Below are positions 1 through 8,872 of a DNA stretch of 64,000 nucleotides, piece after piece (within the stretch, counting starts at the first letter, position 1; each line of letters begins with the position of its first letter). Position numbers and translations under genes: made by a program. The DNA comes from Candidatus Foliamicus sp. (lineage in GTDB: Bacteria; Pseudomonadota; Gammaproteobacteria; Steroidobacterales; Foliamicaceae), in assembly GCA_965238055.1 (NCBI GenBank), contig OZ250178.1, positions 3,304,874 through 3,368,873 of the forward strand, written 5' to 3'. Below the pieces are notes generated by a model. The model was not told the DNA's origin. It searched no databases and worked only from the letters and a program-made list of their open reading frames with translations.

Positions 1-1712
1 AGTGAACGAGGCCCAAGCTCGATCCGCGACGCCTGCTTCAGTATCCATCCATCGTCTACGTCTCCAACCTCCACTCCGTATCGAGCCGCAAATTCCTCCA
101 CATCCGCAGACTCCGGCCTGTGTGGAGCGAACTGCATCGCGAATCTATTGTGATCCCACAAGCGTGCGGTCAATCTCCGCACGTCTGCAGCCTCAGGCGC
201 CCGCCCCAGGACCTGCAGGGGCTTGATCGCATGAAATGCCACGAGAAACCAGGTCTGGACGGCCTTGTCCGCGGTATTGAACGACTGGATATCCGCCTCG
301 GCGTCCCAAACGCTTAGCTTGAGTTCCTTGCATCGCTCGGTGATCCAGTCCGACACATCCACTTTTCCGGCTCTCAACACTAGACACGTCGCCAAACCCT
401 CGATCCATTCTCGGTATTGATAGTCATCCAAATTCACGAATACTTGGTTCTGACACACCTGCTCACCGATTGCCTTGTAACTGGTATTCAGAACCCACTG
501 CGCCAGATACGTCACCCGCTCCGGATCGTCATCACGAATCGACCACGCGACCTTCGCCACGTGCCGGACCCATGCGCTTCCTCTTGCCGGATGCAGGCCC
601 GCACACAGCTCGGGAATCAGCTCATCCGACCACGAATCGTTCGTAATCCGTGACAGCAGCTTTGTGCACTGCTCTTCCAGCTCCTCCACTCTGCGCGGCG
701 TTTCGCCCGTTTGAGTGCGATTGAGAATTAACGGCGCCCCTCGCAGCAACTCCCCGATCCAGCGCACACAGACAAGTGGGTCCAACACGCCCAACCGTTG
801 CACCAAACCGGCCAGGAGATCGCTGGCCGCCCTGTCCAGATCATTCTCCGGAGGTCTCAGTTCGGTGCTCCAACTACTCCGATCCGGGTATACTTGCCAG
901 TTGATTCCGAGATCGCGGTCCAGGCCGTTCACCGTAAGCAGCGAATACAGGATGGCGATAGCCACTAGCGCATCGTTCGAACTCTCGCCGATCCAATTCA
1001 GCGTCACCCTATGTTTGCTGCCAACCACCCCCGCGATCATGTGTTCGGCCGCTCGAGCCTGCACCACCGGATGATCCAGCCTGCTGACAACCTTTTTGAA
1101 CTCGTCCGGCCGTAGTCGAACGACGATTTCAATCACGTGTCCTGCCGCATGATGCAGGCCCCTGTGAACCAGTTCCCGACCCCGTGCCTCCAGTTCCCGG
1201 AACGTCTCCAGTCTCCCTTTGCCAACCCACTCGTCCAGGGCAATAGTGGTTGACTTCGGACTCAGCCCTGTAAGTCGCTCCACATCCAGTACACGTTCGT
1301 CAACGCATAGCTTTTCGAGCACTTCAACCGCCAGCGATACAAACGAATCAATCTCTTCTTGCGACCACAGTTCATCGATCAACCGGAGCGCCAGCTCCGG
1401 CTCCATCGAACCCACAGCCCACACAGCAGTATCCGAGCGCTCTCCTCTAACCCCCTCCAAGATCGACCGGGCGACCGGCTCTCTCAGTTCGGACCGCAAC
1501 CAGTTATGCGCTCCATGATGCTCAAACCAGTCTTCCACCTCGCCTATGATCTCAGTGTGATCACCAGGTCCGAGTGACTTGCCCATGACAGGTTTGATCA
1601 ACTCGCACGCGGAGATGCGCTTGTACGGAGATGCCCCGCGACCAAATATGCGCCACACAACACCCCGTACGCGCTCGGGCAACGAATCCGGCATGCGAAC
1701 GCTCTCGTCCAT
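1..1712 (-). CDS. Large hypothetical helix-rich protein, 3'-partial (continues past window start); not in supplied ORF track
   Basis: I checked the minus-strand frame codon by codon and found no stop in 570 codons from ATG(1712-1710) down to position 3. It starts 'MDESVRMPDSLPERVRGVVWRIFGRG...'. The ATG shares one base with the TGA of the upstream ORF (TGATG), which suggests translational coupling. The track probably omits it because its stop lies outside the window. No family recognised. Confidence 0.65.
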   Translation of the reverse strand, partial: MDESVRMPDSLPERVRGVVWRIFGRGASPYKRISACELIKPVMGKSLGPGDHTEIIGEVEDWFEHHGAHNWLRSELREPVARSILEGVRGERSDTAVWAVGSMEPELALRLIDELWSQEEIDSFVSLAVEVLEKLCVDERVLDVERLTGLSPKSTTIALDEWVGKGRLETFRELEARGRELVHRGLHHAAGHVIEIVVRLRPDEFKKVVSRLDHPVVQARAAEHMIAGVVGSKHRVTLNWIGESSNDALVAIAILYSLLTVNGLDRDLGINWQVYPDRSSWSTELRPPENDLDRAASDLLAGLVQRLGVLDPLVCVRWIGELLRGAPLILNRTQTGETPRRVEELEEQCTKLLSRITNDSWSDELIPELCAGLHPARGSAWVRHVAKVAWSIRDDDPERVTYLAQWVLNTSYKAIGEQVCQNQVFVNLDDYQYREWIEGLATCLVLRAGKVDVSDWITERCKELKLSVWDAEADIQSFNTADKAVQTWFLVAFHAIKPLQVLGRAPEAADVRRLTARLWDHNRFAMQFAPHRPESADVEEFAARYGVEVGDVDDGWILKQASRIELGPRS

Positions 1713-2125
1713 CAGCCCAACGCTCGTGCGAAAAGTGGGCTTTTCGCGGAGATAAGATTCATCGACCACAGGTACTCCGCTTCTGCGCGATAAACGCCGT
1801 AGTCCACGCTGGCAAAAGTGACGCCTTCCTTTTCCCATCCGCTGATTGAGTTTGTAATGATCAATTCGCGCTGCGGCGTAATCAAAAAGCGGTCATGAAA
1901 TCCGGGCTTTTCCGTTCCCTGCTGCAGGAACGAGCGGACGCTGACGTGCTTCCTGATTTGCCGTGGCAAACGCAACCACCATGCCTTAGCTGCGTCCGTC
2001 AGCCGTTCACCGCAGAGGATCCTCAGCGATCCGTCGCTGGTCGACGCGAACATATCCAGGTACAGCCGCGCACCACGCTGCCCCTTTAATCTGTCGCCCG
2101 TTCCACTCTGAAGTGCAACACTCAA
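1712..2125 (-). CDS. Small protein with PLD/MIT_C-like 'FHDRFLIT' motif; annotated 5' end lies inside the IS30 repeat, so it may be truncated
   Basis: ORF-track protein (137 aa). The segment 'GFHDRFLITPQRELIITNSISGW' resembles the degenerate H-x-K core of PLD-superfamily folds (weak, from memory). Codons 1-8 (2125-2102) lie inside the left IS30 inverted repeat, so the start is IS-derived. Confidence 0.4.
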   Translation of the reverse strand: MSVALQSGTGDRLKGQRGARLYLDMFASTSDGSLRILCGERLTDAAKAWWLRLPRQIRKHVSVRSFLQQGTEKPGFHDRFLITPQRELIITNSISGWEKEGVTFASVDYGVYRAEAEYLWSMNLISAKSPLFARALG

Positions 2126-3504
2126 CGATGGTTGGCTAGCCTGGAAGCAAACGGGACTGTCGCCGAGTGTTGAGAAGCGGCCAGGTGACGGCGATACTCT
2201 CTGAAATTACAGAAGGAGGGTATCCGATGGCCAAGGGCTACCATCACCTGACCTACGGGTCACGATGCCAGATTTACGCGCTGAAGAAAAGCGGGATGTC
2301 GATCCGGGGCGTAGCGCATGCGCTTGAGGTATCGGCCTCGACGGTGAGCCGCGAGTTGCGCCGCAACCGTGGGCGGCGGGGTTACCGGATGAGGCAGTCG
2401 CAGCGGATGGCCCAGTCTCGCCGGCGTTTGGCGTCATCGCGCCCGCGCAAGCTGACGGCGGCGTTGTGGGGCCGGATTGAAGGGTGGCTGGGCTGGCAGT
2501 GGAGTCCCCAGCAGATTGCCGGCCGGTTGCGTCTTGAAGGTGGGGTGTCGGTCGGCAAGACGTGGATTTACCGTCAGGTGTGGATGGACCGTGCGGCGGG
2601 CGGGACGCTGTATACGCATTTGCGCCGGCGCGGCAAGAAGGCCAACCGGCGCGGCCGCGGTGGTGCGGGCCGTGGGTTGATACCGGGCCGTGTAGACATT
2701 AGCGCGCGTCCGGCGGTGGTGGAGTTAAAGCGCCGGGCGGGTGATTGGGAGTTGGACACGATCATCGGCGCCCGGCATCGGGGTGCGCTGGTCTCGGTGG
2801 TGGACCGGTGTTCGAAGTTCACGTTTCTACAGCGGGTGATGAACCAGACGGCGGCGGCGGTTGGGGGCGCGATCCTGGCGCGTCTGGGTCCGGTATCGGC
2901 GCTGACGCACACCCTGACGGCGGACAACGGCAAGGAGTTTGCCGGCCACCGGGCGATGGCGGCCGGATTGTCGGCGGGGTTTTACTTTGCCACGCCGTAC
3001 CATTCCTGGGAGCGTGGTTTGAACGAGCATACCAACGGTCTGGTTCGGCAGTACTTTCCGAAGGCGACGGACTTCACCACCCTCGGCGATGTTCAGGTTG
3101 GGCGGGTGCAGGATCTTCTCAACGGCCGGCCCCGCCGGATTCTGGGTTACCGCACGCCGGCGGAAGTGTTTGCCGAGGCCCTGGACGCCGCGGGGCTCTC
3201 CGGTGCGGTTCTCCGCGCTCCGGTGCTGGCGGGGCCGGACCCGCCGGCAGCGGTTGCTTGACCGCCCTGCCGGTCTCGTCCGTGGCCTTGACAGGCGGCG
3301 GGCGGGTTTACTGTGTCCGGGTGACGGGCTGGCCGCTCAGCCGGACGGCGGCGGTGGCGAAAATGGGTCCCGGGCGGTGCGGTTCTCCGTTCCGGCTACG
3401 CCCTCACTCCGAAAAGCACCGCCCGAACTCCACCGGATGCTATGCTGAGCTCCAACAAAGGAGAGGAATCACCGCCCTGACAGGTGTTGCACTTCAGAGT
3501 GGAA
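2101..3504 (+). mobile_element. IS30-family insertion sequence (1404 bp)
   Basis: There are perfect 21-bp terminal inverted repeats: TTCCACTCTGAAGTGCAACAC at 2101-2121 and its reverse complement at 3484-3504. They enclose a single IS30-type transposase gene. The flanks (..CCG / GCG..) show no clean target-site duplication. Confidence 0.85.
2167..3261 (+). CDS. IS30 family transposase
   Basis: N-terminal HTH ('LTYGSRCQIYALKKSGMSIRGVAHALEVSASTVSRELRRN'). DDE core blocks 'WELDTI', 'LTADNGKEF' and 'YFATPYHSWERGLNEHTNGLVRQYFPK' are typical of IS30. The start could be the internal ATG at 2227 (MAKGYHHL). Confidence 0.9.
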   Translation: MLRSGQVTAILSEITEGGYPMAKGYHHLTYGSRCQIYALKKSGMSIRGVAHALEVSASTVSRELRRNRGRRGYRMRQSQRMAQSRRRLASSRPRKLTAALWGRIEGWLGWQWSPQQIAGRLRLEGGVSVGKTWIYRQVWMDRAAGGTLYTHLRRRGKKANRRGRGGAGRGLIPGRVDISARPAVVELKRRAGDWELDTIIGARHRGALVSVVDRCSKFTFLQRVMNQTAAAVGGAILARLGPVSALTHTLTADNGKEFAGHRAMAAGLSAGFYFATPYHSWERGLNEHTNGLVRQYFPKATDFTTLGDVQVGRVQDLLNGRPRRILGYRTPAEVFAEALDAAGLSGAVLRAPVLAGPDPPAAVA

Positions 3505-3542
3505 GCGGCGTCATTTATTTACAATATCTTATAAAGGTATGT

Positions 3543-3633
3543 TGGCGGAGAGGGTGGGATTCGAACCCACGATACGGGAATACCGTATACCTGATCTCCA
3601 ATCAGGCGCCTTCGTCCACTCGGCCACCTCTCC
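3543..3633 (-). tRNA. tRNA-Ser (anticodon GGA)
   Basis: The reverse complement reads GGAGAGGTGGCCGAGTGGACGAAGGCGCCTGATTGGAGATCAGGTATACGGTATTCCCGTATCGTGGGTTCGAATCCCACCCTCTCCGCCA (91 nt). It has a 7-bp acceptor stem, anticodon loop TTGGAGA, a long variable arm, a GGTTCGAATCC T-loop and an encoded CCA. Confidence 0.92.
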
Positions 3634-3645
3634 CCTGTGCCGGAA

Positions 3646-3924
3646 TTATCGGGATTCCGGTTTATCGATCTCCGGCGGCTCCTCCAGGCAGTCACCGTTA
3701 CTGCGCCGGGGCTGTCCCTTGCCGATTTCTCCTTCAGGAATCTCGAGATTTCCGAAGGCCTGCGGGGTTCCCAGCCCTTCAGACGCGACCAGCGCATCGG
3801 CGGCCTCGGCATTCTGATACATCTGCGGCTTCTCGCAGGGGGCTGTTCCGCCGCCGAACAGCGCGCAGCCCTGCAAGGCAAAGGCAATTGCCGCCACGCC
3901 GGCAGCGCTTAGCCTGCGCTTCAC
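3646..3924 (-). CDS. Small lipoprotein downstream of dapA (the position occupied by bamC/nlpB in enterics, but much shorter)
   Basis: A GTG start at 3924 overlaps the dapA stop (GTGA). The N-terminus 'VKRRLSAAGVAAIAFALQGC' is a signal peptide with an LQGC lipobox. The longer ORF-track version (to 3987) would overlap dapA. Confidence 0.55.
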   Translation of the reverse strand: MKRRLSAAGVAAIAFALQGCALFGGGTAPCEKPQMYQNAEAADALVASEGLGTPQAFGNLEIPEGEIGKGQPRRSNGDCLEEPPEIDKPESR

Positions 3925-4796
3925 GACAGCACCCCTGCTTGCGCCATGGCGCTCTCCACGCGTTCCTGATGCGGCTGGGAAAGCCACGTCAATGGCAAAC
4001 GGATGCCGGTTGCGATTCTATTCATGCGGTGCAGAGCCCATTTCACGGGAATTGGATTGGATTCTACGAACAAGGCGTCGTGCAAAGCGGACAAAGGCGC
4101 GTCCAGCCGCTCGGCGTCCGCCGTTTCGCCGGCAAGCGCCGCAGTGCTCATGCGCGCCATTCCCACGGGCGCCACGTTGGCGCTGACCGAAATCACACCG
4201 TCGCCTCCCTCAAGCATGAAGGATCTGGATGTCGCATCATCACCACTGTACAAGGCAAACTCATCTCCACATAGCTCACGCAGGCGACCTACCCGCTCAA
4301 CCTCTCCGGTCGCTTCCTTGCAGGCCTTGACCCGCGGGTGCTCGGCCAGGCGACCGACGGTTTCCGGCAACAGGTCCACTCCGGTACGGCCAGGCACATT
4401 GTAGAGGATCAGCGGCTGTTCAACGGCGTTGGCAATGGCCGTGAAGTGCCGGACCATGCCCTCCTGGGTTGGCTTGTTGTAATACGGCGTCACGACCAGG
4501 TAGGCAACGATTTCAGACTCGGCGACGGCCTGCGACAACGCGATTGTCTGTGCCGTGGAATTGGACCCTGTCCCCGCAACTATCGGTATCCTCCCACCAG
4601 CCTGCCTGGCCGCATGACAAATCAACTCCGAGTGCTCCTCGCGAGTCAACGTGGCTGCCTCGCCTGTGGTTCCGGCAATGACCAGGGCACTGGTTCCTGA
4701 TTCGACATGCCAATCGATCAGCCGGTCCACGGCCGGGTAGTCCACGGCGCCGTCGGCGTCCATGGGCGTTACCAGTGCTACGAGGCTTCCACGCAT
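3921..4796 (-). CDS. dapA: 4-hydroxy-tetrahydrodipicolinate synthase
   Basis: 291 aa. 'GSLVALVTPM...DWHVESGTSALVIAGTTGEAATL', 'YNVPGRTG' and 'GVISVSANV' are typical DapA blocks. Confidence 0.93.
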   Translation of the reverse strand: MRGSLVALVTPMDADGAVDYPAVDRLIDWHVESGTSALVIAGTTGEAATLTREEHSELICHAARQAGGRIPIVAGTGSNSTAQTIALSQAVAESEIVAYLVVTPYYNKPTQEGMVRHFTAIANAVEQPLILYNVPGRTGVDLLPETVGRLAEHPRVKACKEATGEVERVGRLRELCGDEFALYSGDDATSRSFMLEGGDGVISVSANVAPVGMARMSTAALAGETADAERLDAPLSALHDALFVESNPIPVKWALHRMNRIATGIRLPLTWLSQPHQERVESAMAQAGVLS

Positions 4797-4934
4797 GACG
4801 GCGCGGAATTTTATCGCCCCCGTGCGCCAAAAAGAACAAGGGCGGCGCGCGCGCCATGATCAATCGCCTTCTCCATCGGACAAGCCATGCCGTTTTCCGG
4901 CCTGCAACAGGCGTTCGTGTAAGCTAGCCGGAGC

Positions 4935-5465
4935 ATGGCAAAACTATTGGCAATTTCCGCTTTGGGCAAGCTTGGAGAGGCTTCTGCACGCGAATTGAGT
5001 GAAGTGGTCAGCGAGGCCGGCGGAGACATTCGCGACGCCCGCATGACCCAGTTGGGGAACAGCTTCGGCGCCCTGTTGCTGGTGGAAGGAAACTGGCACG
5101 CGATGAACAAGGTGCGCACGGCTCTCGAGCGCTTCGGCAAGCGGACCGGCTGCCAGATTTCGCTTGGCGACACGGAAACAAGGGAAACAGAATCGCCGGC
5201 GGCCCCGTATCACGTGGAGGCCGTTGCGCTGGAGCGGGAGAACCTGGTCCTGGCGCTGGTCAGCTTTTTTTCGAGACGCGAGCTGGCCGTCGCTGAGGTT
5301 CATGCCCGGCGCTACAATGCCCCTAGCACGGGTGCTGCGATGCTGGCAGTCCGCCTGGAGGTTCACGTCCCGCGCGACGTCGGTATCGCCATGCTGCGCG
5401 AAGAGTTTCATGATTTCTGCGACAAGAACAACCTGGACGCAGTTATCGAACCGATACACGGCTAG
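4935..5465 (+). CDS. gcvR: Glycine cleavage system transcriptional repressor-like ACT-domain protein
   Basis: 176 aa with a two-ACT-domain pattern. The conserved neighbourhood gcvR-bcp divergent from dapA matches E. coli. Confidence 0.75.
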   Translation: MAKLLAISALGKLGEASARELSEVVSEAGGDIRDARMTQLGNSFGALLLVEGNWHAMNKVRTALERFGKRTGCQISLGDTETRETESPAAPYHVEAVALERENLVLALVSFFSRRELAVAEVHARRYNAPSTGAAMLAVRLEVHVPRDVGIAMLREEFHDFCDKNNLDAVIEPIHG

Positions 5466-5488
5466 TAAGATTTGCAAAGAGGAAGTGA

Positions 5489-5956
5489 ATGAGTACGACT
5501 GAAATTGGTGCACCGGCGCCGGACTTTGATTCGGCCAGCACGTCCGGCGGCCAGCAGACACTGGGCGCTCTGAAGGGGCAAAAGCTGGTGCTGTATTTCT
5601 ACCCCAAGGACAGCACCCCCGGGTGCACGCTGGAAGGCCGGAACTTTGGCGATCTGCATGATGACTTCAGCGCGGCCAACGCCGTCATACTGGGCGTATC
5701 GCGCGAGACCATCCGTTCTCACAACAACTTTCGCGGCAAGTTCGACTTCCCGTTCGACCTGCTGTCGGATCCTGATGAAACGCTGTGCAATGCCTACGGC
5801 GTGATCAAGGAAAAGAGCATGTATGGCCGAAAATACATGGGTATAGAACGCAGCACCTTCCTGATCGACGAGGAAGGCGTATTGCGGCGCGAGTGGCGAA
5901 AGGTCAAGGTAAAGGGACACGCCGGCGAAGTACTGGAGGCGGTCCGCTCCTTGTGA
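5489..5956 (+). CDS. bcp: Thioredoxin-dependent peroxiredoxin Bcp
   Basis: 155 aa. 'LVLYFYPKDSTPGCTLE' carries the peroxidatic Cys motif and the rest is Bcp-like. Confidence 0.9.
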   Translation: MSTTEIGAPAPDFDSASTSGGQQTLGALKGQKLVLYFYPKDSTPGCTLEGRNFGDLHDDFSAANAVILGVSRETIRSHNNFRGKFDFPFDLLSDPDETLCNAYGVIKEKSMYGRKYMGIERSTFLIDEEGVLRREWRKVKVKGHAGEVLEAVRSL

Positions 5957-7485
5957 ACAAGACTCCGCACTCAGCAGCAAAACGCGCCGCCTGTACGGCG
6001 TTGTTGGTGCTGTTCAGTGCGCAGACCTTGCCCGCTGCCGCCCAGTCCCAGGCCGGACAGGACCTTCCCGACATGGGCAGCCTCGCTGACTCGATCCTGA
6101 CGCGCGAAGAAGAAAGGGAGCTCGCTCTCGGCGTAATCGAGCAGATTCGCCGCGCCGGCATGATCGTCACGGATCCCGAGATCAATGAATACGTGGCCGA
6201 CGTAGGCCGCCGGCTGGCCTTTCTGGCACAGAGCGGGGAGCATAGTTTCCACTTCTTCGTGGTCAAGGACCCGTCCATCAACGCGTTTGCCTTGCCGGGG
6301 GGCTATATCGGCGTTCACACCGGGCTTATCGTGGCCACCGCCAACGAGAGCGAACTGGCCGGGGTACTGGCGCATGAAGTCGCTCACGTGACACAGCAGC
6401 ATATTTCCCGGCAGTTCCAGGCCATGCGTGGCACCGGGATCATGTCCATGGCGATGCTGGTGGGCGCCTTGTTGGTGGGAAGCTTGCTCGGCGGTGGTAG
6501 CGACGTAATGCAGGGTGCGCTGATGGCCAGCTCGGGCATGGCCATGCAACAGCGGATCAACTTCACCCGGGCGCACGAATATGAAGCCGACCGTATAGGA
6601 ATCGGCACGCTCTACGCTGCGGATTTTGACCCGCGCGGGTTGCCTTCGTTCTTCGAGACCATGTCACGCAAGGAACCCCTTTCAGCCGCTGCGATTCCTG
6701 AAATCCTTCGAACGCATCCGGTCAGCGTCAACCGCATCGCCGAGGCCCGTGGCCGAATTGGACCCCACATGATGCGCGACGTCGACAGCAGCCTCAGTTA
6801 CTACCTGGCGCGCGCGCAAGCACGATTGCTCGGCAGCAGCAGTCCGGAAGAAGCCCTGCGACGGTTCCGTTCCGAGCCCCTGCAGGAGACATTGGCGGAC
6901 GTCGGCAGGTTTTACGGCGAAGGCCTTGCCCTGATGGCAGCCGGCCGCCCGGATGAGGCACTGGCGAGCTTTCGAACTCTCCTGGCGGAGTACCCGAATT
7001 CCATACCCATTCGTATCGCCGTTGCGCGCGCCCAAGCGGCCGCCGGCAACGCTACGGATGCCCGCCAGGCCTTCGATGAGTCGCTGGCGCTGTTTCCCGG
7101 CAATATCAGCCTCGCCCATCGGTATGCGGAGGTTCTGCTGTCCGAAGGCCAGGCTCCTCAGGCCCGCGAACTTCTGATAAAGTTCCTGATCGGCGACAAG
7201 CTCGACCTGGAGACAACACGATTGCTTGCCCAGGCCAGCGGCGAATCCGGCCAGGTTGCCGATGCGCATTATTTCATGGCGGAATACGCACTCATGCGCC
7301 GCAACCTGAACGAAGCCCACACCCAGTTACAGCTCGCGCTGCAGGCCGCGGAACATGCCGATGACGTGCGCCGCAGCCGCATCGAGGCCCGCCTGGAACA
7401 GGTGGAAATGATGGCGGAGAAAGGCAGCCGGCGCGAAAGGAAAGATGAGGAATCCGATGAGGAGTCTTCGGATCGGCGGGGATAG
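5953..7485 (+). CDS. bepA: M48 metalloprotease with TPR C-terminus (BepA/YfgC-like)
   Basis: A GTG at 5953 overlaps the bcp stop and gives the signal-peptide N-terminus 'VNKTPHSAAKRAACTALLVLFSAQTLPAAAQ'. It has the HEXXH motif 'LAHEVAHVTQQH' and a TPR-like C-terminal half. The ORF-track start at 5785 would overlap bcp. Confidence 0.8.
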   Translation: MNKTPHSAAKRAACTALLVLFSAQTLPAAAQSQAGQDLPDMGSLADSILTREEERELALGVIEQIRRAGMIVTDPEINEYVADVGRRLAFLAQSGEHSFHFFVVKDPSINAFALPGGYIGVHTGLIVATANESELAGVLAHEVAHVTQQHISRQFQAMRGTGIMSMAMLVGALLVGSLLGGGSDVMQGALMASSGMAMQQRINFTRAHEYEADRIGIGTLYAADFDPRGLPSFFETMSRKEPLSAAAIPEILRTHPVSVNRIAEARGRIGPHMMRDVDSSLSYYLARAQARLLGSSSPEEALRRFRSEPLQETLADVGRFYGEGLALMAAGRPDEALASFRTLLAEYPNSIPIRIAVARAQAAAGNATDARQAFDESLALFPGNISLAHRYAEVLLSEGQAPQARELLIKFLIGDKLDLETTRLLAQASGESGQVADAHYFMAEYALMRRNLNEAHTQLQLALQAAEHADDVRRSRIEARLEQVEMMAEKGSRRERKDEESDEESSDRRG

Positions 7486-7501
7486 AGAGGGATCCGCAGA
7501 A

Positions 7502-8812
7502 ATGGCAAATCGACTACAGGAATGGTGGACCTTAAAGCCCGAGGAGGAGCAGCAAAGCGCGGACAATCCGCTCACGCCGCTCAGCGACAGCCAGCGGCGC
7601 AACACCCTTCCGTTATTGACGCTGGCCTTCGGCTGGGGCTTTTTGGTCACCGGGCTTTTAACAGGCGGCGCACTGGGCAAGGGCATGACCTTCTGGCCCG
7701 ACGCTGTCCAGGCATCCTTCTATGGAAACCTGGCCAACTTCGCCATCGGGGCCGTGGTCGGCTACATGGGCTACAAGACCGCTTGTAACAGCGGCCTGCT
7801 GTATCGGTTGGTCTACGGCCGGTTCGGCGCCTATCTGCCGGTACTGTTCATAGCTCTTCTGACCATCGGCTGGCAGGGCATCGTAGTGGGCGCGTTCGGC
7901 TTTGCCTGGGCGCAGGACTTCGATTCTCCGCAGTTCTACACGATTGCGCTGCTTGCGGGCATCCTTTTCACTGTCACCACTTACTTCGGCGTCAAAGCGC
8001 TCGAATGGGTCAGCGTTCCCTCGGTTGTCGTGCTGGTGGCGGTGGGGCTTTATTCCATCGACCTCAATGTAGGACAGGCGGGAGGCTGGGACGCTTTCCT
8101 GGCGCTTTCCTTTGACAAGGCCGCCAATTCGGATACCCCGATGACTGTTCTTGGTGGCGTTAACGCCGTTATCGGTTCCTGGATCGTCGGTGCGGTGGTG
8201 ATGGCCGAATACACGCGTTTCGCCAAGCGCGCGTGGGTCGCGATCGCTATTCCATTCATCGTTCTGATCATCGCCCAGTGGTTCCTGCAGATTGTGGGCG
8301 CGATGGGAAGTGTTGTTTATGGCGGCAGTGGCGACTTCACTTCGTACCTTCTGGAACAGGCCGGCTGGATTGCTTTGCTGGGCGTAATCGGCATGAGCGT
8401 GGCGCTTTGGACCACGGGCGATGCGAATCTCTACCTCCCGGTTATCCAGACGTCCAGCATCATGCGCCGGCCGCGCCGGGTCATGACCGTGATCTGCGGG
8501 CTGCTGGGAACCATTTTGGGGCTGGGCATTTACGAGTATTTCCTGGCCTGGATCGGAACGCTGTCGATTATCGTGCCGCCGCTGATCGGACCGGTCATTG
8601 CACACTACTATTTTGTCGAGCGCGGACGAATGGATGCCGGCGACGATTCCCGGTTACCCATGGTGAACTGGGCCGCGCTACTCGCCTACCCCCTGGGACT
8701 GTTGGGCTACTTCTTCGCGCCTGAGTGGCTGGTGCCGGCACTCGCCGGCCTGGCCGGCTCGATAGTGGCCTACCTGCTCCTGTACTACGCGATACGCGCA
8801 GCGCGGCGCTAG
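7502..8812 (+). CDS. NCS1 family (cytosine/purine/allantoin-type) permease
   Basis: Polytopic membrane protein. The N-terminus 'SDSQRRNTLPLLTLAFGWGFLVTGLLTGGALG' and overall pattern are CodB/NCS1-like. Start chosen at 'MANRLQEW'. Confidence 0.75.
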   Translation: MANRLQEWWTLKPEEEQQSADNPLTPLSDSQRRNTLPLLTLAFGWGFLVTGLLTGGALGKGMTFWPDAVQASFYGNLANFAIGAVVGYMGYKTACNSGLLYRLVYGRFGAYLPVLFIALLTIGWQGIVVGAFGFAWAQDFDSPQFYTIALLAGILFTVTTYFGVKALEWVSVPSVVVLVAVGLYSIDLNVGQAGGWDAFLALSFDKAANSDTPMTVLGGVNAVIGSWIVGAVVMAEYTRFAKRAWVAIAIPFIVLIIAQWFLQIVGAMGSVVYGGSGDFTSYLLEQAGWIALLGVIGMSVALWTTGDANLYLPVIQTSSIMRRPRRVMTVICGLLGTILGLGIYEYFLAWIGTLSIIVPPLIGPVIAHYYFVERGRMDAGDDSRLPMVNWAALLAYPLGLLGYFFAPEWLVPALAGLAGSIVAYLLLYYAIRAARR

Positions 8813-8817
8813 CCCCC

Positions 8818-8872
8818 CCTGGGAGAGAGGGCGTCCCGTCCTCGTCGAGGGCGGGACGCCCTCTCTCCCAGG
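8818..8872. terminator. REP-like perfect palindrome between convergent genes (likely bidirectional terminator); member of the window's repeat family
   Basis: CCTGGGAGAGAGGGCGTCCCGTCCTCG/TCGAGGGCGGGACGCCCTCTCTCCCAGG forms a long hairpin. It lies between the permease stop and the aldolase stop. Confidence 0.7.

Noticed and set aside
2745-4274. 509-aa plus-strand ORF
   Set aside because: It runs through the IS30 3' region, the tRNA-Ser gene, the lipoprotein gene and antisense dapA. It is Arg/Gly/Pro-rich, which is a typical high-G+C open-frame artefact.
7658-8605. 315-aa minus-strand ORF
   Set aside because: It is antisense to the NCS1 permease, and its hydrophilic Arg/His/Asp-rich composition matches no family.
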